This document shows positions 48,865 to 58,670 of a DNA stretch of 64,000 bases, one piece after another (within the stretch, counting starts at the first letter, position 1; each line of letters begins with the position of its first letter). The notes beneath the pieces were generated by a model. That model was not told the origin of the DNA. It searched no databases and worked only from the letters and a program-made list of their open reading frames with translations. Origin of the DNA: Phycisphaerae bacterium (GTDB lineage Bacteria; Planctomycetota; Phycisphaerae; UBA1845; Fen-1342); NCBI GenBank assembly GCA_050115495.1, contig JASFQK010000003.1, forward strand, positions 1 through 64,000. The letters run 5' to 3'. The translations under genes and the position numbers were made by a program.

Positions 48865-49569
48865 ATGCTCATGAGTAGGCCGCCGCCGAGTTTCGATGAG
48901 TGGGTCGAGTACTGCTTCACGCAGGGGCACGCCGACTCGTCGGTCGAGTCTGGAGCGCCGGGTTACGGCGAGATCATGACGCGGTGGTCGCGATTCACCG
49001 ACTTCGAAATGCGCGTGCTGCCTGAGTACATCACTCGGCTGTTCCGCAGTCCGGCCTTCCTCGCCGACCGCTACTCCGACGACCAGATCGGCGATGGGAC
49101 GTGGTTTCTCCTGGGAGTCGAGTCGGAGTATTTCCTGAAATTGTGGTTTCTGCCTGTTGGGCCAGACATACAGATCGAGTGTATGTCCTCGGTCGCGACG
49201 CTCTACACGGAGCTGTACGACCGCGTGTGCTGCAAGCGCGGGACCGACCCAGGGGGCGACTACACGAATAGCCTCAAGGTCGATATCGCCGTCCACATGA
49301 TCTGGGACATGTGCAGTCTGGACGCGGCCGTCATGCCCCCGGAGCCGATGCCACATCTGGTCGAGCCGGCGTTTACGGTACTGGATACGATCCTCAGGCG
49401 CTGCCGGACCAGTTCGTGTCTCACGAGCGCGCTACATGGGCTCGGTCACCTTCACGAGGCCCACCCACGCCGCGTGGAAAAGCTGATCGACAGGTTCCTG
49501 GTCAGTCGCCAAGTGAGCGAGCACGTTCGCGAGTACGCGCTGGAAGCCAGGGCGGGGGACGTTCAATAA
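48865..49569 (+). CDS. Hypothetical helical protein
   Basis: FDEWVEYCF, MIWD and SALHGLGHL. Start uncertain (48844, 48865 or 48871). Confidence 0.65.
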   Translation: MLMSRPPPSFDEWVEYCFTQGHADSSVESGAPGYGEIMTRWSRFTDFEMRVLPEYITRLFRSPAFLADRYSDDQIGDGTWFLLGVESEYFLKLWFLPVGPDIQIECMSSVATLYTELYDRVCCKRGTDPGGDYTNSLKVDIAVHMIWDMCSLDAAVMPPEPMPHLVEPAFTVLDTILRRCRTSSCLTSALHGLGHLHEAHPRRVEKLIDRFLVSRQVSEHVREYALEARAGDVQ

Positions 49570-49679
49570 CGGAGCCCCGGAGGCTGAATGCTCTGGCCAC
49601 GCTCGTGCACCCTCCGAGCGAAGAAACGTTGCGCGGGCGCCTCTTCACCCATGCGACGCACGAACGAGTCCCTGGACAC

Positions 49680-49716
49680 GCATCCTTGCTCTCTTGAGCG
49701 ATGCAACCCGCCACAC
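49680..49716. repeat. Possible REP-like palindrome
   Basis: GCATC..GCTCTCTTGAGCGATGC followed by CCACAC, an end shared with the 1231-1263 unit. Confidence 0.4.
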
Positions 49717-50317
49717 TCACCCCGCGCGCACCAAACAGAAAGCGGCGTCCCGCCACGAGGTATGGCGAGACGCCGCCGGATGGGCTTGCCGCGAGCCCAC
49801 CGGTCTGCGTGCGGCCTGCTTCCTTCACCCGGGAAAGCACCTTGAACGTCTATTACTTCGCCGACGTCCGGGCGATCCGCGGAAAACCACGCGCTGCCAG
49901 CGTCCGGACGAACTCGCGGGGTGCCCGGATCGACGGATGACATTGACGCCGCGACCATCGCCGCGACGGAGCCACAACCGGCGCCAGACGTCGCCAGTCG
50001 GCGCGTTTCCGCCGGTACAACACCAATTATTCAGGCCATGGTGGAACAGCACGGGGTGGGGAAGGTCGCGTGATCGGCTCGCCACGCGTAGCCCGAGCTT
50101 CAGCCCATCCCACGCACGGCCATTGTGTCGCCCTCGTCCCCGCGAGTGCGTCGGTGGCACCCGCCCTCGGCGACCGCTTCCGGACCGCGGGAACATCACC
50201 GCAGCCCGCGCGGTCCGGGCCAGCACACCCAGGACCGCTACCCAATACTAGGCGCCCCCAAAGTCGCTTGACCAGAGCTTACGACAAATATGCGACCGCC
50301 CGCGCATTTCCGCCGGT

Positions 50318-51307
50318 CTACCACGCCTCAAAATCGCCGATGATCTCCACCGCCAGGTCTTTGATCGTCAGGATTCCCAGGCACATGCCAGCGGCGTTCT
50401 CCACGATCGCCATCGCCTCACGCGTCTGTTGCATGCGGAGCAGGGCGGTGGAGACGCTCGTCTCCGGCGGTAGCCGGAGCGCCTCGCGTACATGAGCCGC
50501 CACCGGTCGTTGCTCGGCGTCGGTCAGCACGTCGTAAACGTTCACGATCCCGATGATTCGTTGTCGATCGCTCTCATACACCGGTAGACGCGAGAAATGG
50601 GCCATCCGGGCGATGCGCAGAAAATCCCCACGCGGGATGGCCCGCGGCACGGTGGCCGCCCGGTCGCGCGTGATCATCACCCGCGACACCGGAGTGTTCG
50701 AAATCCCCATCACCCGGTCCATCAGGCTGCGCTGCCAGACGGTCAGCCCGCCGTGCGCCGCCCCTTCGTGCAGCAGTCGGAGCACGCCAGCCCGCCGCAG
50801 GATGGCCTCGTTGTCCGGTTCGTGCAGTGGGTCGATCCAGCGCGCGAGCCGGTGGGTCAGCGAGCGCAGGGCCCAAACCAGACCGGTGGCCCGCGCCGCC
50901 CGCAGGGCCAGCGACCCGGGCAGGGCCAGGGCGTACATCAACCGATCGCTCTCCCGCCGGAACCAGTCCTTCGGAATAACGCCGCCGAACACGAGGATCA
51001 GCGGCGTTACGGTGGCCGTCGCGTACAGCTCGGTCAGGTTCACCGGCACGGCCGCTCGCAGTAACAGGGCGGACGTGGTCGCCGTGACGATGTAGTCGGA
51101 AATATTGGTGCCCAGCAGGGCAGTGATGACGAGGTCTTCCGGGCGGCGCATGGCCTCGGCGAGTTGCCGGGCTCCCGGCCGGCCGCGTTCGGCGGCGACC
51201 CGCAGCCGTACCCGGTTCAGGCAATACACGCCCGTCTCCGTCCCCGAAGACACGGCGCTCAGCAGCACCGCCGCCAGCAGGATGACCAGCAGCAGGGCGG
51301 TGATCAT
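50318..51307 (-). CDS. CNNM (DUF21) and CBS domain protein
   Basis: SGTETG, LLGTN, FGGVIPK and HFSRLPVY. Coupled to the upstream paralogue. Confidence 0.88.
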   Translation of the reverse strand: MITALLLVILLAAVLLSAVSSGTETGVYCLNRVRLRVAAERGRPGARQLAEAMRRPEDLVITALLGTNISDYIVTATTSALLLRAAVPVNLTELYATATVTPLILVFGGVIPKDWFRRESDRLMYALALPGSLALRAARATGLVWALRSLTHRLARWIDPLHEPDNEAILRRAGVLRLLHEGAAHGGLTVWQRSLMDRVMGISNTPVSRVMITRDRAATVPRAIPRGDFLRIARMAHFSRLPVYESDRQRIIGIVNVYDVLTDAEQRPVAAHVREALRLPPETSVSTALLRMQQTREAMAIVENAAGMCLGILTIKDLAVEIIGDFEAW

Positions 51308-52614
51308 GCCGGCACCTCGCTCTCGCCGACGGCAGGCCGCCGAACCAGTCGCAGGCGGTGCACCCGCCGCCGCTGGACGCTCGTGACGTGGAGCTCGACG
51401 TTGCCCAGTTCGACGACATCGCCGATCTGGGCCGGTCGGCCGAGCCGGGCGGTGACCAGTCCGCCGACGGTGGCCACGCGTTCGGTCTGGCGGGGCAGGC
51501 CGAAGGTCTGCGTCCAGTACCGCACGTCGAGCTGCCCGCTGATCTCGTACTCGCTCTCGGAGAGCTGATGGGTTTCGGGTTCGCCCAGCGCCTCTTCCGG
51601 ATCACTGATGTCGCCAACGATGGCTTCGAGCACGTCTTCGAGCGTGACCAAGCCGGCCATGCCGCCGAACTCGTCAACGGCGATGGCCAGTTGCGTGCGG
51701 GTCTCGCGGAAGTGTTGGAGTAGGTGCTCGCAGGTTGCCAGGTCGGGCACGAAGCGGACGGGCATCACGACCTCGCGCAGTGGCCGGTCAGCTTCGAGGA
51801 AGAGCATCTTCGCGTACACAAGGCCGACGACGTTGTCCATCGACCCTTCGTAGACGGGGACTTTCTTCAGACGCGTCTCGCGCATCAGGGCCCGCAGCCC
51901 CTCCGCCGGCTCGTCGATGTCGTAGGCCTCGACCTCAACTCGCGGTACCATCAGGTCGCGTACGCGCAGCGAGCCGAGGTCGACGATTTCGCGCAGGAAC
52001 CGGTCTTCGACGCGGTCGATCTCCCCTCGCCGCCGGCTCATTTGCAGCAGGGCCTTCAGCTCTTCCACCGAGACGTCGTGCCGTGGCGTTGGCCCCCTCG
52101 TTGGCCGGCCCAGCACGACCCGCCGGAACGGCTCGGCGATCAGCAGGTCGATGATCCGACCGAGCGGGCGGGCGACGTAGCCGACCGGTCCCACGAGCGC
52201 CGCCGCCAGCGGGGCCGCCCGCTCCGCGAAACGCACAGCGAGCACCTTCGGCACGACCTCGCCGAAGACCACCACGACCAGCACGCTCACCAGGCCGGCC
52301 ACCGGCGTCACCCACGGCGAGGAAGACGCTGCAAGCTGCCCAAAAAACACGTACGACACGGCGAACAGGGCCACGTTCACCGCCGTGTTCGCCAGGAGAA
52401 TGACCAGCAGTGTGTCGCGCGGGCGGCGCATCAGCCGGGCGGCACTTCGGCGGAACGGGTTGGCGCTGCCCGCCGCCTGTTCGAGCTGCGTCCGCGAGAG
52501 CGAAAACAGCACCGTTTCACTACCGGAAAAAGCCCCCGAGCAGACGAGCAGCCCCAGCATCAGGGCCAGATTCAGCCCCACGCCCAGCCAACTCAGATCG
52601 GTGATGGCGAGCAT
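51304..52614 (-). CDS. CNNM, CBS and CorC_HlyC domain protein (hemolysin/CorC family)
   Basis: FSGSETVLFSL, FGEVVPK, VRDLMVPR, VDEFGGMAGLVTLEDVLEAIVGDI and TVGGLV. Confidence 0.92.
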   Translation of the reverse strand: MLAITDLSWLGVGLNLALMLGLLVCSGAFSGSETVLFSLSRTQLEQAAGSANPFRRSAARLMRRPRDTLLVILLANTAVNVALFAVSYVFFGQLAASSSPWVTPVAGLVSVLVVVVFGEVVPKVLAVRFAERAAPLAAALVGPVGYVARPLGRIIDLLIAEPFRRVVLGRPTRGPTPRHDVSVEELKALLQMSRRRGEIDRVEDRFLREIVDLGSLRVRDLMVPRVEVEAYDIDEPAEGLRALMRETRLKKVPVYEGSMDNVVGLVYAKMLFLEADRPLREVVMPVRFVPDLATCEHLLQHFRETRTQLAIAVDEFGGMAGLVTLEDVLEAIVGDISDPEEALGEPETHQLSESEYEISGQLDVRYWTQTFGLPRQTERVATVGGLVTARLGRPAQIGDVVELGNVELHVTSVQRRRVHRLRLVRRPAVGESEVPA

Positions 52615-52659
52615 CGCCCACTCTCGTCGCCCGCCGCCGGCACCGACGGAAGCGGCTCG

Positions 52660-53409
52660 CTACTTCACGAACAGGTCCTTCAGCCACTGCGTCGTCGTCT
52701 GCCGCCCGAGCTGCCCGATGGCCTCAGTCAGCGGGATGTCCTTCGGGCAGACCTTCACGCAGTTCTGCGCGTTGCCGCAGCCGGCGATGCCGCCCGGCTC
52801 CATCAGGGCCCGCAGCCGCTCCTCGGCGAAGTACTTGCCCGTCGGATGCGAGTTGTGCAGGCGGGCCTGCCCCAGCGGCGCCGGCCCGATGAAGTCCGAC
52901 GCCGGGTGGAACTGCGGGCACACTTCCATGCAGCAGCCGCAGGTCATGCACCGCGAGAACTGGTAGCGGACCGTCTGCTCGTTCGGCGAGATCCGCGGGG
53001 CGTGCTGGTGCGTGTCGTGCGACCCGTCCACCGGCACCCAGGCCTTCACCCGGATCAGGGCGTCGAACATCTTCTGCCGGTCCACCTGGAGATCGCGGAC
53101 CAGCGGGAACTTCGACAGCGGTTGCAGCACGATCGGCTGCGTCAGCTCGTCGATCAGGGCCGCGCAAGCCTGCCGCACCTCGCCGTTGACGATCATCGTG
53201 CAGGCCCCGCAGACCTCTTCCATGCAGTTCGAGTCCCACACGACCGGCGTGACCTTCTGGCCACTCGCGTTGACCGGGTGTTCCCGCAGGTACATCAGCG
53301 CCGAGACCACGTTATGCCCCGGCGCATAAGGCATGCGGAACTCCTCCCAGTACGGCTGCGTGTTGGGTTCGGCCTGCCGCTTGATCCTGAATTGTATCTC
53401 GTTGGCCAT
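52660..53409 (-). CDS. sdhB: Succinate dehydrogenase/fumarate reductase iron-sulfur subunit
   Basis: CMEEVCGAC..C, CMTCGCCMEVCP and CGNAQNCVKVCP. Confidence 0.95.
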   Translation of the reverse strand: MANEIQFRIKRQAEPNTQPYWEEFRMPYAPGHNVVSALMYLREHPVNASGQKVTPVVWDSNCMEEVCGACTMIVNGEVRQACAALIDELTQPIVLQPLSKFPLVRDLQVDRQKMFDALIRVKAWVPVDGSHDTHQHAPRISPNEQTVRYQFSRCMTCGCCMEVCPQFHPASDFIGPAPLGQARLHNSHPTGKYFAEERLRALMEPGGIAGCGNAQNCVKVCPKDIPLTEAIGQLGRQTTTQWLKDLFVK

Positions 53410-53431
53410 GCCTGGCTTCCTCACGGCCCGC

Positions 53432-55315
53432 TTAGCGGTAATCCCGGGGTTTCTCCGGCGGGAGAACGGACACGTCCACCTGCTTGTACTCGATGACCGG
53501 CCCCTCCACCGTATGCGTGGCGATCGTGTGCTTGAGCCACTTCTCGTTGTTGGCCTTCCACTTCGCCTTGTAGTCGTCGTATTCCGGATCGCCCTCGAAC
53601 TTGCCTTCGGGGATCTTCAGCTCGAACTCGGCCTTGTAGTGCGAGCCGCGGCACTCGTCGCGCATCCGGGCACTGCGGGTGATGACCTCGGCCAGCACGA
53701 TCATGTCCTGCACCTGGCGAGCCCAGGACAGCGACTGGTTCGCCCAGCGCGTCTGGTCGTCCAGGGCCATCTTCTTCGAGCGGGCCTTGAACTCGCCCAG
53801 TGTCGTCAGGGCCTTGTCGAGGCCGGCGTTGTCGCGCTCGACGAAGACGCGGTCGCGCATCAGGTCGCCCGTCTCGCGGTGCAGGGCGAACGGGTTCTCG
53901 CCATTCGTCGCCGACATGATGCTCGCGTTGAGCTCTTCCTGCCGCTTGACCTCGCCGGTCATCTGGGCATCGGTCACGCCGTTGGTCGATTTCACGTTCT
54001 TGAGATAGGCCACGACCGATTCGCCGGCCACGCGCCCGCTGAACGAGCTGCTCAGCAGCGAGTTGGCCCCGAGGCGGTTGGCCCCGTGATAGGCGAAATC
54101 GCACTCGCCGCACGCGTAGAGCCCGGGGATGCTCGTGGCGTGGTTGCGCGGGCTGCCGGCGACCATGCCACCGGACCTGCTGTCGCGCTCGTAATCGACC
54201 CACAGGCCACCCATCGAGTAGTGCGTGGCGGGGAAGATGCGCATCGGCATGACGCACGGATCCTCACCGACGAACGTGCGGTACATTTCGAGGATGCCGC
54301 CGAGGCGGGCTTCGAGGAAGTCGCGCGGCTGGTGGGTCAGGTCAAGGTAAACCATGTCCTGCCCGTTGAGGCCGAGGCCCATGTGCCGCACGACGCGGCA
54401 GATGGCTCGCGAGGCGACGTCGCGCGGGACGGTGTTGCCGTACGCCGGGTACCACTCTTCGAGGAAGTAGAACCGATCGCTGTCGGGGATCTTCGTCGGG
54501 TCACGCGTATCGCCGGCCTTGCGCGGCACCCACACGCGGCCGCCTTCGCCGCGGCAGGCCTCGGACATCAGCCGGTTCTTGTCGTGTCCGGGAATACCGG
54601 TCGGGTGGAACTGGATGAACTCGGCGTTGGCGAACTTGGCGCCCTGCTGATAGACGCGTGAGGCCGGCGCGCCGGTCGAGTTGTTCGACATCGTGGACCG
54701 GCCGTACGTGAGCGCCAGACCGCCGGTGGCCAGGATGACCGCCGCCCCGCGGAACGCCTCGACCTTCATGGTCGTCAGGTTCATCGCCGTGATGCCGCGG
54801 CAGGTGCCGGCGTCATCGAGAATGAGCGAGAGGAAATCCCACCCCTCGTATTTCTTGACGGTACCCTTGGCCTCGTGGGCCCGGACCTGCTCGTCGACGG
54901 CGTAGAGCAGTTGCTGACCGGTCGTCGCGCCGGCGAAGCACGTCCGCCGGTTCTTCACGCCTCCGAACAGCCGCTGGTCCATGATGCCTTCGGGCGTGCG
55001 GCTGAAGGTGACGCCCATGCGGTCGAATGTGCGGATCAGGCCGGGGGCATCCTCGCACAGCGTCTTGATGGGGGGCTGGTCGGCGAGGTAGTCGCCGCCC
55101 TTGATCGTGTCGACGACGTGCTGCCAGACGGTGTCGTGCTGGCCCTTGACGTCGAGGACGGCGTTGATCCCGCCTTGGGCACAGCAGGAGTGCGACCGTT
55201 TGACCGGGAACAGCGAGAAGACGTCCACCGGGTAGCCGCTCTCGGCGATGCGCAGCGTCGCCCACAAGCCGCCCAGTCCACCGCCCACGACGATGACGCG
55301 AGGTTTGCTAGCCAT
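53432..55315 (-). CDS. sdhA: Succinate dehydrogenase/fumarate reductase flavoprotein subunit (Bacillus-type)
   Basis: GGGLGG, RSHSCCAQGGIN, QFHPT, SEACRGEG, HYSMGG and HGANRLGANSLL. Confidence 0.96.
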   Translation of the reverse strand: MASKPRVIVVGGGLGGLWATLRIAESGYPVDVFSLFPVKRSHSCCAQGGINAVLDVKGQHDTVWQHVVDTIKGGDYLADQPPIKTLCEDAPGLIRTFDRMGVTFSRTPEGIMDQRLFGGVKNRRTCFAGATTGQQLLYAVDEQVRAHEAKGTVKKYEGWDFLSLILDDAGTCRGITAMNLTTMKVEAFRGAAVILATGGLALTYGRSTMSNNSTGAPASRVYQQGAKFANAEFIQFHPTGIPGHDKNRLMSEACRGEGGRVWVPRKAGDTRDPTKIPDSDRFYFLEEWYPAYGNTVPRDVASRAICRVVRHMGLGLNGQDMVYLDLTHQPRDFLEARLGGILEMYRTFVGEDPCVMPMRIFPATHYSMGGLWVDYERDSRSGGMVAGSPRNHATSIPGLYACGECDFAYHGANRLGANSLLSSSFSGRVAGESVVAYLKNVKSTNGVTDAQMTGEVKRQEELNASIMSATNGENPFALHRETGDLMRDRVFVERDNAGLDKALTTLGEFKARSKKMALDDQTRWANQSLSWARQVQDMIVLAEVITRSARMRDECRGSHYKAEFELKIPEGKFEGDPEYDDYKAKWKANNEKWLKHTIATHTVEGPVIEYKQVDVSVLPPEKPRDYR

Positions 55316-55464
55316 GGCACCCAGACTTTCCTGCTTTGCGGGCGGCGGCTCGCCGCCCCAGGTGATTCTGTGAGGGGATGATTATACGCGCCGGCGCCCA
55401 AGATGCACCGGGTCCACCCCGAACATCCGCCAGGGCACCGGTTACCTCCTGCAGCACCCCGCAT

Positions 55465-55692
55465 CCTAGTCCCGTAGGGACGGCTGATTGTAGCCCAGCA
55501 CGCAGTGCTGGGACTCGTGCCCGGCCCCCGTTGCCTAGTCCCGTAGGGACGACTGAGCCAATCGCCGCGCCATGGCCTCGCACACGCTCGTCACCTCACC
55601 GCGCGAAGACGTCCGACACGGAGGTCGGACGCTACGTCGCGGGCGTGGTGATTCGTTGGCGTTCGACGTCGGCCACGGGGGGCCGACGCTAC
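55465..55692. repeat. Mosaic REP cluster
   Basis: CCTAGTCCCGTAGGGACG direct repeats (55465-55482 and 55534-55551) around a CCCAGCAC-GC-AGTGCTGGG hairpin. GTAG-type REPs at 55609-55635 and 55658-55692. Confidence 0.85.
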
Positions 55693-55719
55693 GGAGACGT
55701 TCGGCACGGAGACCGCCCG

Positions 55720-56472
55720 CTACCCCCTCTGCAACCGCAACGGCAACTCCAGCCCGCTCGCCTGCAACCGCCCCGCGTCGGCGAGGATTTCGCGAGCCGG
55801 CCCGTCGGCAACCACCTGCCCGCCGGCGAGGAGCACCGCCCGCTCGCACAGCTCCCACGCTAGGTCGAGGTCGTGCGTTGCTACGACCTGCGTCCCCGAC
55901 AGCGACATCAGCAACTTCAACAGCCGCCGGCGATTCCGCGGGTCCAGCGCCGTACTCGGCTCATCCAGCACCAGCACGTCCGCGTCGTAGCTCAGCACCG
56001 TCGCCAGCGCCACCAGCCGCTTCTCGCCGGCGGAGAGCTTCTGCGGCGCCCGCCCCTCGAACCCCGTCAGCCCGACCGCCGCCAGCGCCTGCCGCACGCG
56101 CCGCCCGACCTCTTCGAGCGGCAGCCCCAGGTGCAGCGGCCCGAACGCCACATCCTCCAGCACCGACGGGCTGAAAAGCTGATCGTTCGCATCCTGAAAC
56201 ACATACCCGACCCGCCGCCGCACCTCGGCGAAATTGGCCGGCACGACCTCCCGCCCCATCACCCACAGCCGGCCGGCGGTCGGCGCCAGCAGCCCGTTGA
56301 GATGCCGCAGCAGCGTGCTCTTGCCGGCCCCGTTCGGCCCGACGAGCGCCACCCGCTGCCCGCACGGTACTTCGAGGTCAACGCCGCGCAGCGCGTCATT
56401 GCCGTCGGGATAGCGATGCTGCAAGCCCTCGATCCGCAGGGCGATGCCGTTCTGCGCAGGTGCGTCGCTCAT
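55720..56472 (-). CDS. cbiO: ECF transporter ATPase (CbiO/NikO)
   Basis: GPNGAGKST, VFQDANDQLF, DVAFGP, LSAGEK, LDEP and THD. Confidence 0.92.
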   Translation of the reverse strand: MSDAPAQNGIALRIEGLQHRYPDGNDALRGVDLEVPCGQRVALVGPNGAGKSTLLRHLNGLLAPTAGRLWVMGREVVPANFAEVRRRVGYVFQDANDQLFSPSVLEDVAFGPLHLGLPLEEVGRRVRQALAAVGLTGFEGRAPQKLSAGEKRLVALATVLSYDADVLVLDEPSTALDPRNRRRLLKLLMSLSGTQVVATHDLDLAWELCERAVLLAGGQVVADGPAREILADAGRLQASGLELPLRLQRG

Positions 56473-57236
56473 GGCCGTCCCCCGAGCATGATTCGCAACG
56501 CCACGACCACCGCCACGAAGATGAATCCGGCGACGATGTCGGTCCGGTGCAGGTGACTGTGCTGATACCGCCGGAGTTCACCCGTGTAGCCGCGGGCGAC
56601 CATGGCGTCGGCGACGCGTTCCGCCCGGTCATGCGCCCGGATGAAGAGCGTGCCCAGCACGTTTGCCCCCGACCGCAACGGCCCCGGTCCGCCGCGACCG
56701 AGCGTGCGAGCCGCCCGGGCATCGGTCAGCCGGTGCAACTCCGGCCGCAACACTTCGAGGTAGCGCAGCATGAACGCCAGCACGCCCACCATGACGGCGG
56801 GCAGCCCAACGCCGCGCAGCCCCACCAATAGCGCCTCATGCCCCGTGCTTGCCCACACGAGTGCGACGCCGCCAACGCACAAGATTGCCGCCGATCCGAC
56901 GCGTGCCGCCGTATACAGCCCCTCTCGGCTCACGCTGAGAATGCCCCAGCGCCACGCCACGTGCCCCTCCTTGCATAGTGGCAGCAGCAGGCACAGGACG
57001 ACGATCGCCGGCAGGGCAGGGGCGAGCCGTTTGAGAAATCCCCCGACCAGGTGATGGTTGGCGATGAGCAGGGCGGCGAGCAGGGCGGCATACGCCCCGA
57101 CCAGCACGAACGCTCCCGCCGGCACCGTCACCACGCAACCCGCCCAAACCGCCAGGCAGACCAGCTTTGCCCGCGTATCGAGCGCTTCGAGCAGCGCCGG
57201 CGGCGTTCCCGTCAGAATCAGCGGCTTCTCGTGCAA
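56469..57236 (-). CDS. cbiQ: ECF transporter T component (CbiQ/NikQ)
   Basis: LDTRAKL, MLRYL, ARAAR and RAERVADAMVARGY. Confidence 0.9.
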   Translation of the reverse strand: MHEKPLILTGTPPALLEALDTRAKLVCLAVWAGCVVTVPAGAFVLVGAYAALLAALLIANHHLVGGFLKRLAPALPAIVVLCLLLPLCKEGHVAWRWGILSVSREGLYTAARVGSAAILCVGGVALVWASTGHEALLVGLRGVGLPAVMVGVLAFMLRYLEVLRPELHRLTDARAARTLGRGGPGPLRSGANVLGTLFIRAHDRAERVADAMVARGYTGELRRYQHSHLHRTDIVAGFIFVAVVVALRIMLGGRP

Positions 57237-57302
57237 GGCTGACTCTCCAGGCGACAGCCGGCGGTGGTCTCTCTTACGCTCCGCTGGCGGCTATTGGCGG
57301 TC

Positions 57303-58613
57303 TCAGTCGCCGTCGCTCGCGTTCTGCGCGGCCACGACCCGCGCCAGCCGACTCGGCCGCATCAATCCCCACCCGACCGCCGACGACGCCAGGAACATGA
57401 CGACCGTGCCGATCGCGCCGGCCAAACTCGTGCTGAGCAGCCCCTCCACGCCGGGAACGGTGTAGTCCGGCAGCAGGGCGACGAGCGGCTCGTGTGCGCC
57501 GGCGTCGGGGGCCACGGCCGCGTTGACCGACAGCTCCATTGGCGCCGAATCACGCCGAATGGCGACGTCGATCGCGGTTTGCTTCTCGCTGTCGTGAGAA
57601 TTCAACGCTTCCTCGGCGGAGGTCAGGTCGGTCACCGGAACGCCGCCGATGCGCTCGACGACATCGCCCTGTTTCAACGGCGACGCCAGCGACCCGTACG
57701 CGTGCGCGACGGTCACCCGCCCGTCCTGTGTCTCCAGCCGAACACCCAGGGCGTATGCCGGCAACGTCAGCAACCCGCCGGCGTCGTCGTGCTCCGCCTC
57801 TTCGACGATGAAGCCCTTCTCCATGCCGACGTATTCGAGCCCATCCGGGTAGTCCCACAGCGTCGGCAGCAGCGACAGGAACAGCGCGACAACCAGCGAC
57901 GCCGCCAACCCGCACACGACAACCGCCCGTCCCACCGGCCGCGGCGCGGCCACGCCGGTCCTGAATCCGTACAGCAGCTCCGGCCGCGTCTTCAGCACGA
58001 AAGCCACGACGCTCGCCGTAATGAGCGCCTCGCCGACGCCGATGAACATGTGCGTACCGACCATCGCCGGCAGGGCCCGATCGAGGCCGACCGTCCCGGA
58101 GACGGCCAGTTGCAGGCTGGCGAAAATGCTGGCCAACACGACCGAGATCCAGGCCGCGAAGTAGCTGCCGGCGACGATTCGGCGGGGTTCCATGGCCGTT
58201 TTGCCGAGCACCGCCCGGTACACGAAGTACCCGCCGCACGTCCCGATCACCCCCATGTTGAAGATGTTCGGACCGAGGACGGTGAGCCCGCCGTCACCGA
58301 GCAGCGCCTGAAAGAAGACGACCGCCGCCATGACGACCGTGCCGGCCCACGGACCCAGCAGCACCGCCGCCAGCGTCCCGCCGAGCAAATGCCCGGTCGT
58401 GCCCGAGGCGATCGGGAAATTGACCATCTGACCGGCGAAGATGAACGCGGCCATGATGCCCATCATCGGTACCAGGCGGTGGTCGCCCCGCCGCGACAGC
58501 GACACCATCGCCCCCGCCAGCAATAGAGCGACGGCGATCGCAAAGACAATGTTGACCGGCATGCTGAACAGCCCGTCAGGGGCGTGCATGCCCAGAATCA
58601 GCCCCGGCATCAC
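57303..58613 (-). CDS. cbiM: Ni/Co ECF S component fused to a PDGLE (NikN-like) domain carrying a PDZ-like insertion
   Basis: MHAPDG (ATG 58589), GTTGHLLGG, QALLGDGGLTVLGPN, IGVGEALIT and PDGLE...PDY. The start could be 58613, 58610 or 58589. Confidence 0.9.
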   Translation of the reverse strand: MMPGLILGMHAPDGLFSMPVNIVFAIAVALLLAGAMVSLSRRGDHRLVPMMGIMAAFIFAGQMVNFPIASGTTGHLLGGTLAAVLLGPWAGTVVMAAVVFFQALLGDGGLTVLGPNIFNMGVIGTCGGYFVYRAVLGKTAMEPRRIVAGSYFAAWISVVLASIFASLQLAVSGTVGLDRALPAMVGTHMFIGVGEALITASVVAFVLKTRPELLYGFRTGVAAPRPVGRAVVVCGLAASLVVALFLSLLPTLWDYPDGLEYVGMEKGFIVEEAEHDDAGGLLTLPAYALGVRLETQDGRVTVAHAYGSLASPLKQGDVVERIGGVPVTDLTSAEEALNSHDSEKQTAIDVAIRRDSAPMELSVNAAVAPDAGAHEPLVALLPDYTVPGVEGLLSTSLAGAIGTVVMFLASSAVGWGLMRPSRLARVVAAQNASDGD

Positions 58614-58670
58614 TACTCCTCCCGCCGAGCGGGCTTTCGCCTGTTCGTTCCCGCTCGGCCGCGGCGGCGA

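Noticed and set aside
49570..50317. Hidden gene or transposase remnant in the ~750-nt gap
   Set aside because: ORFs here lack motifs and codon bias. Only a weak REP-like palindrome could be supported.
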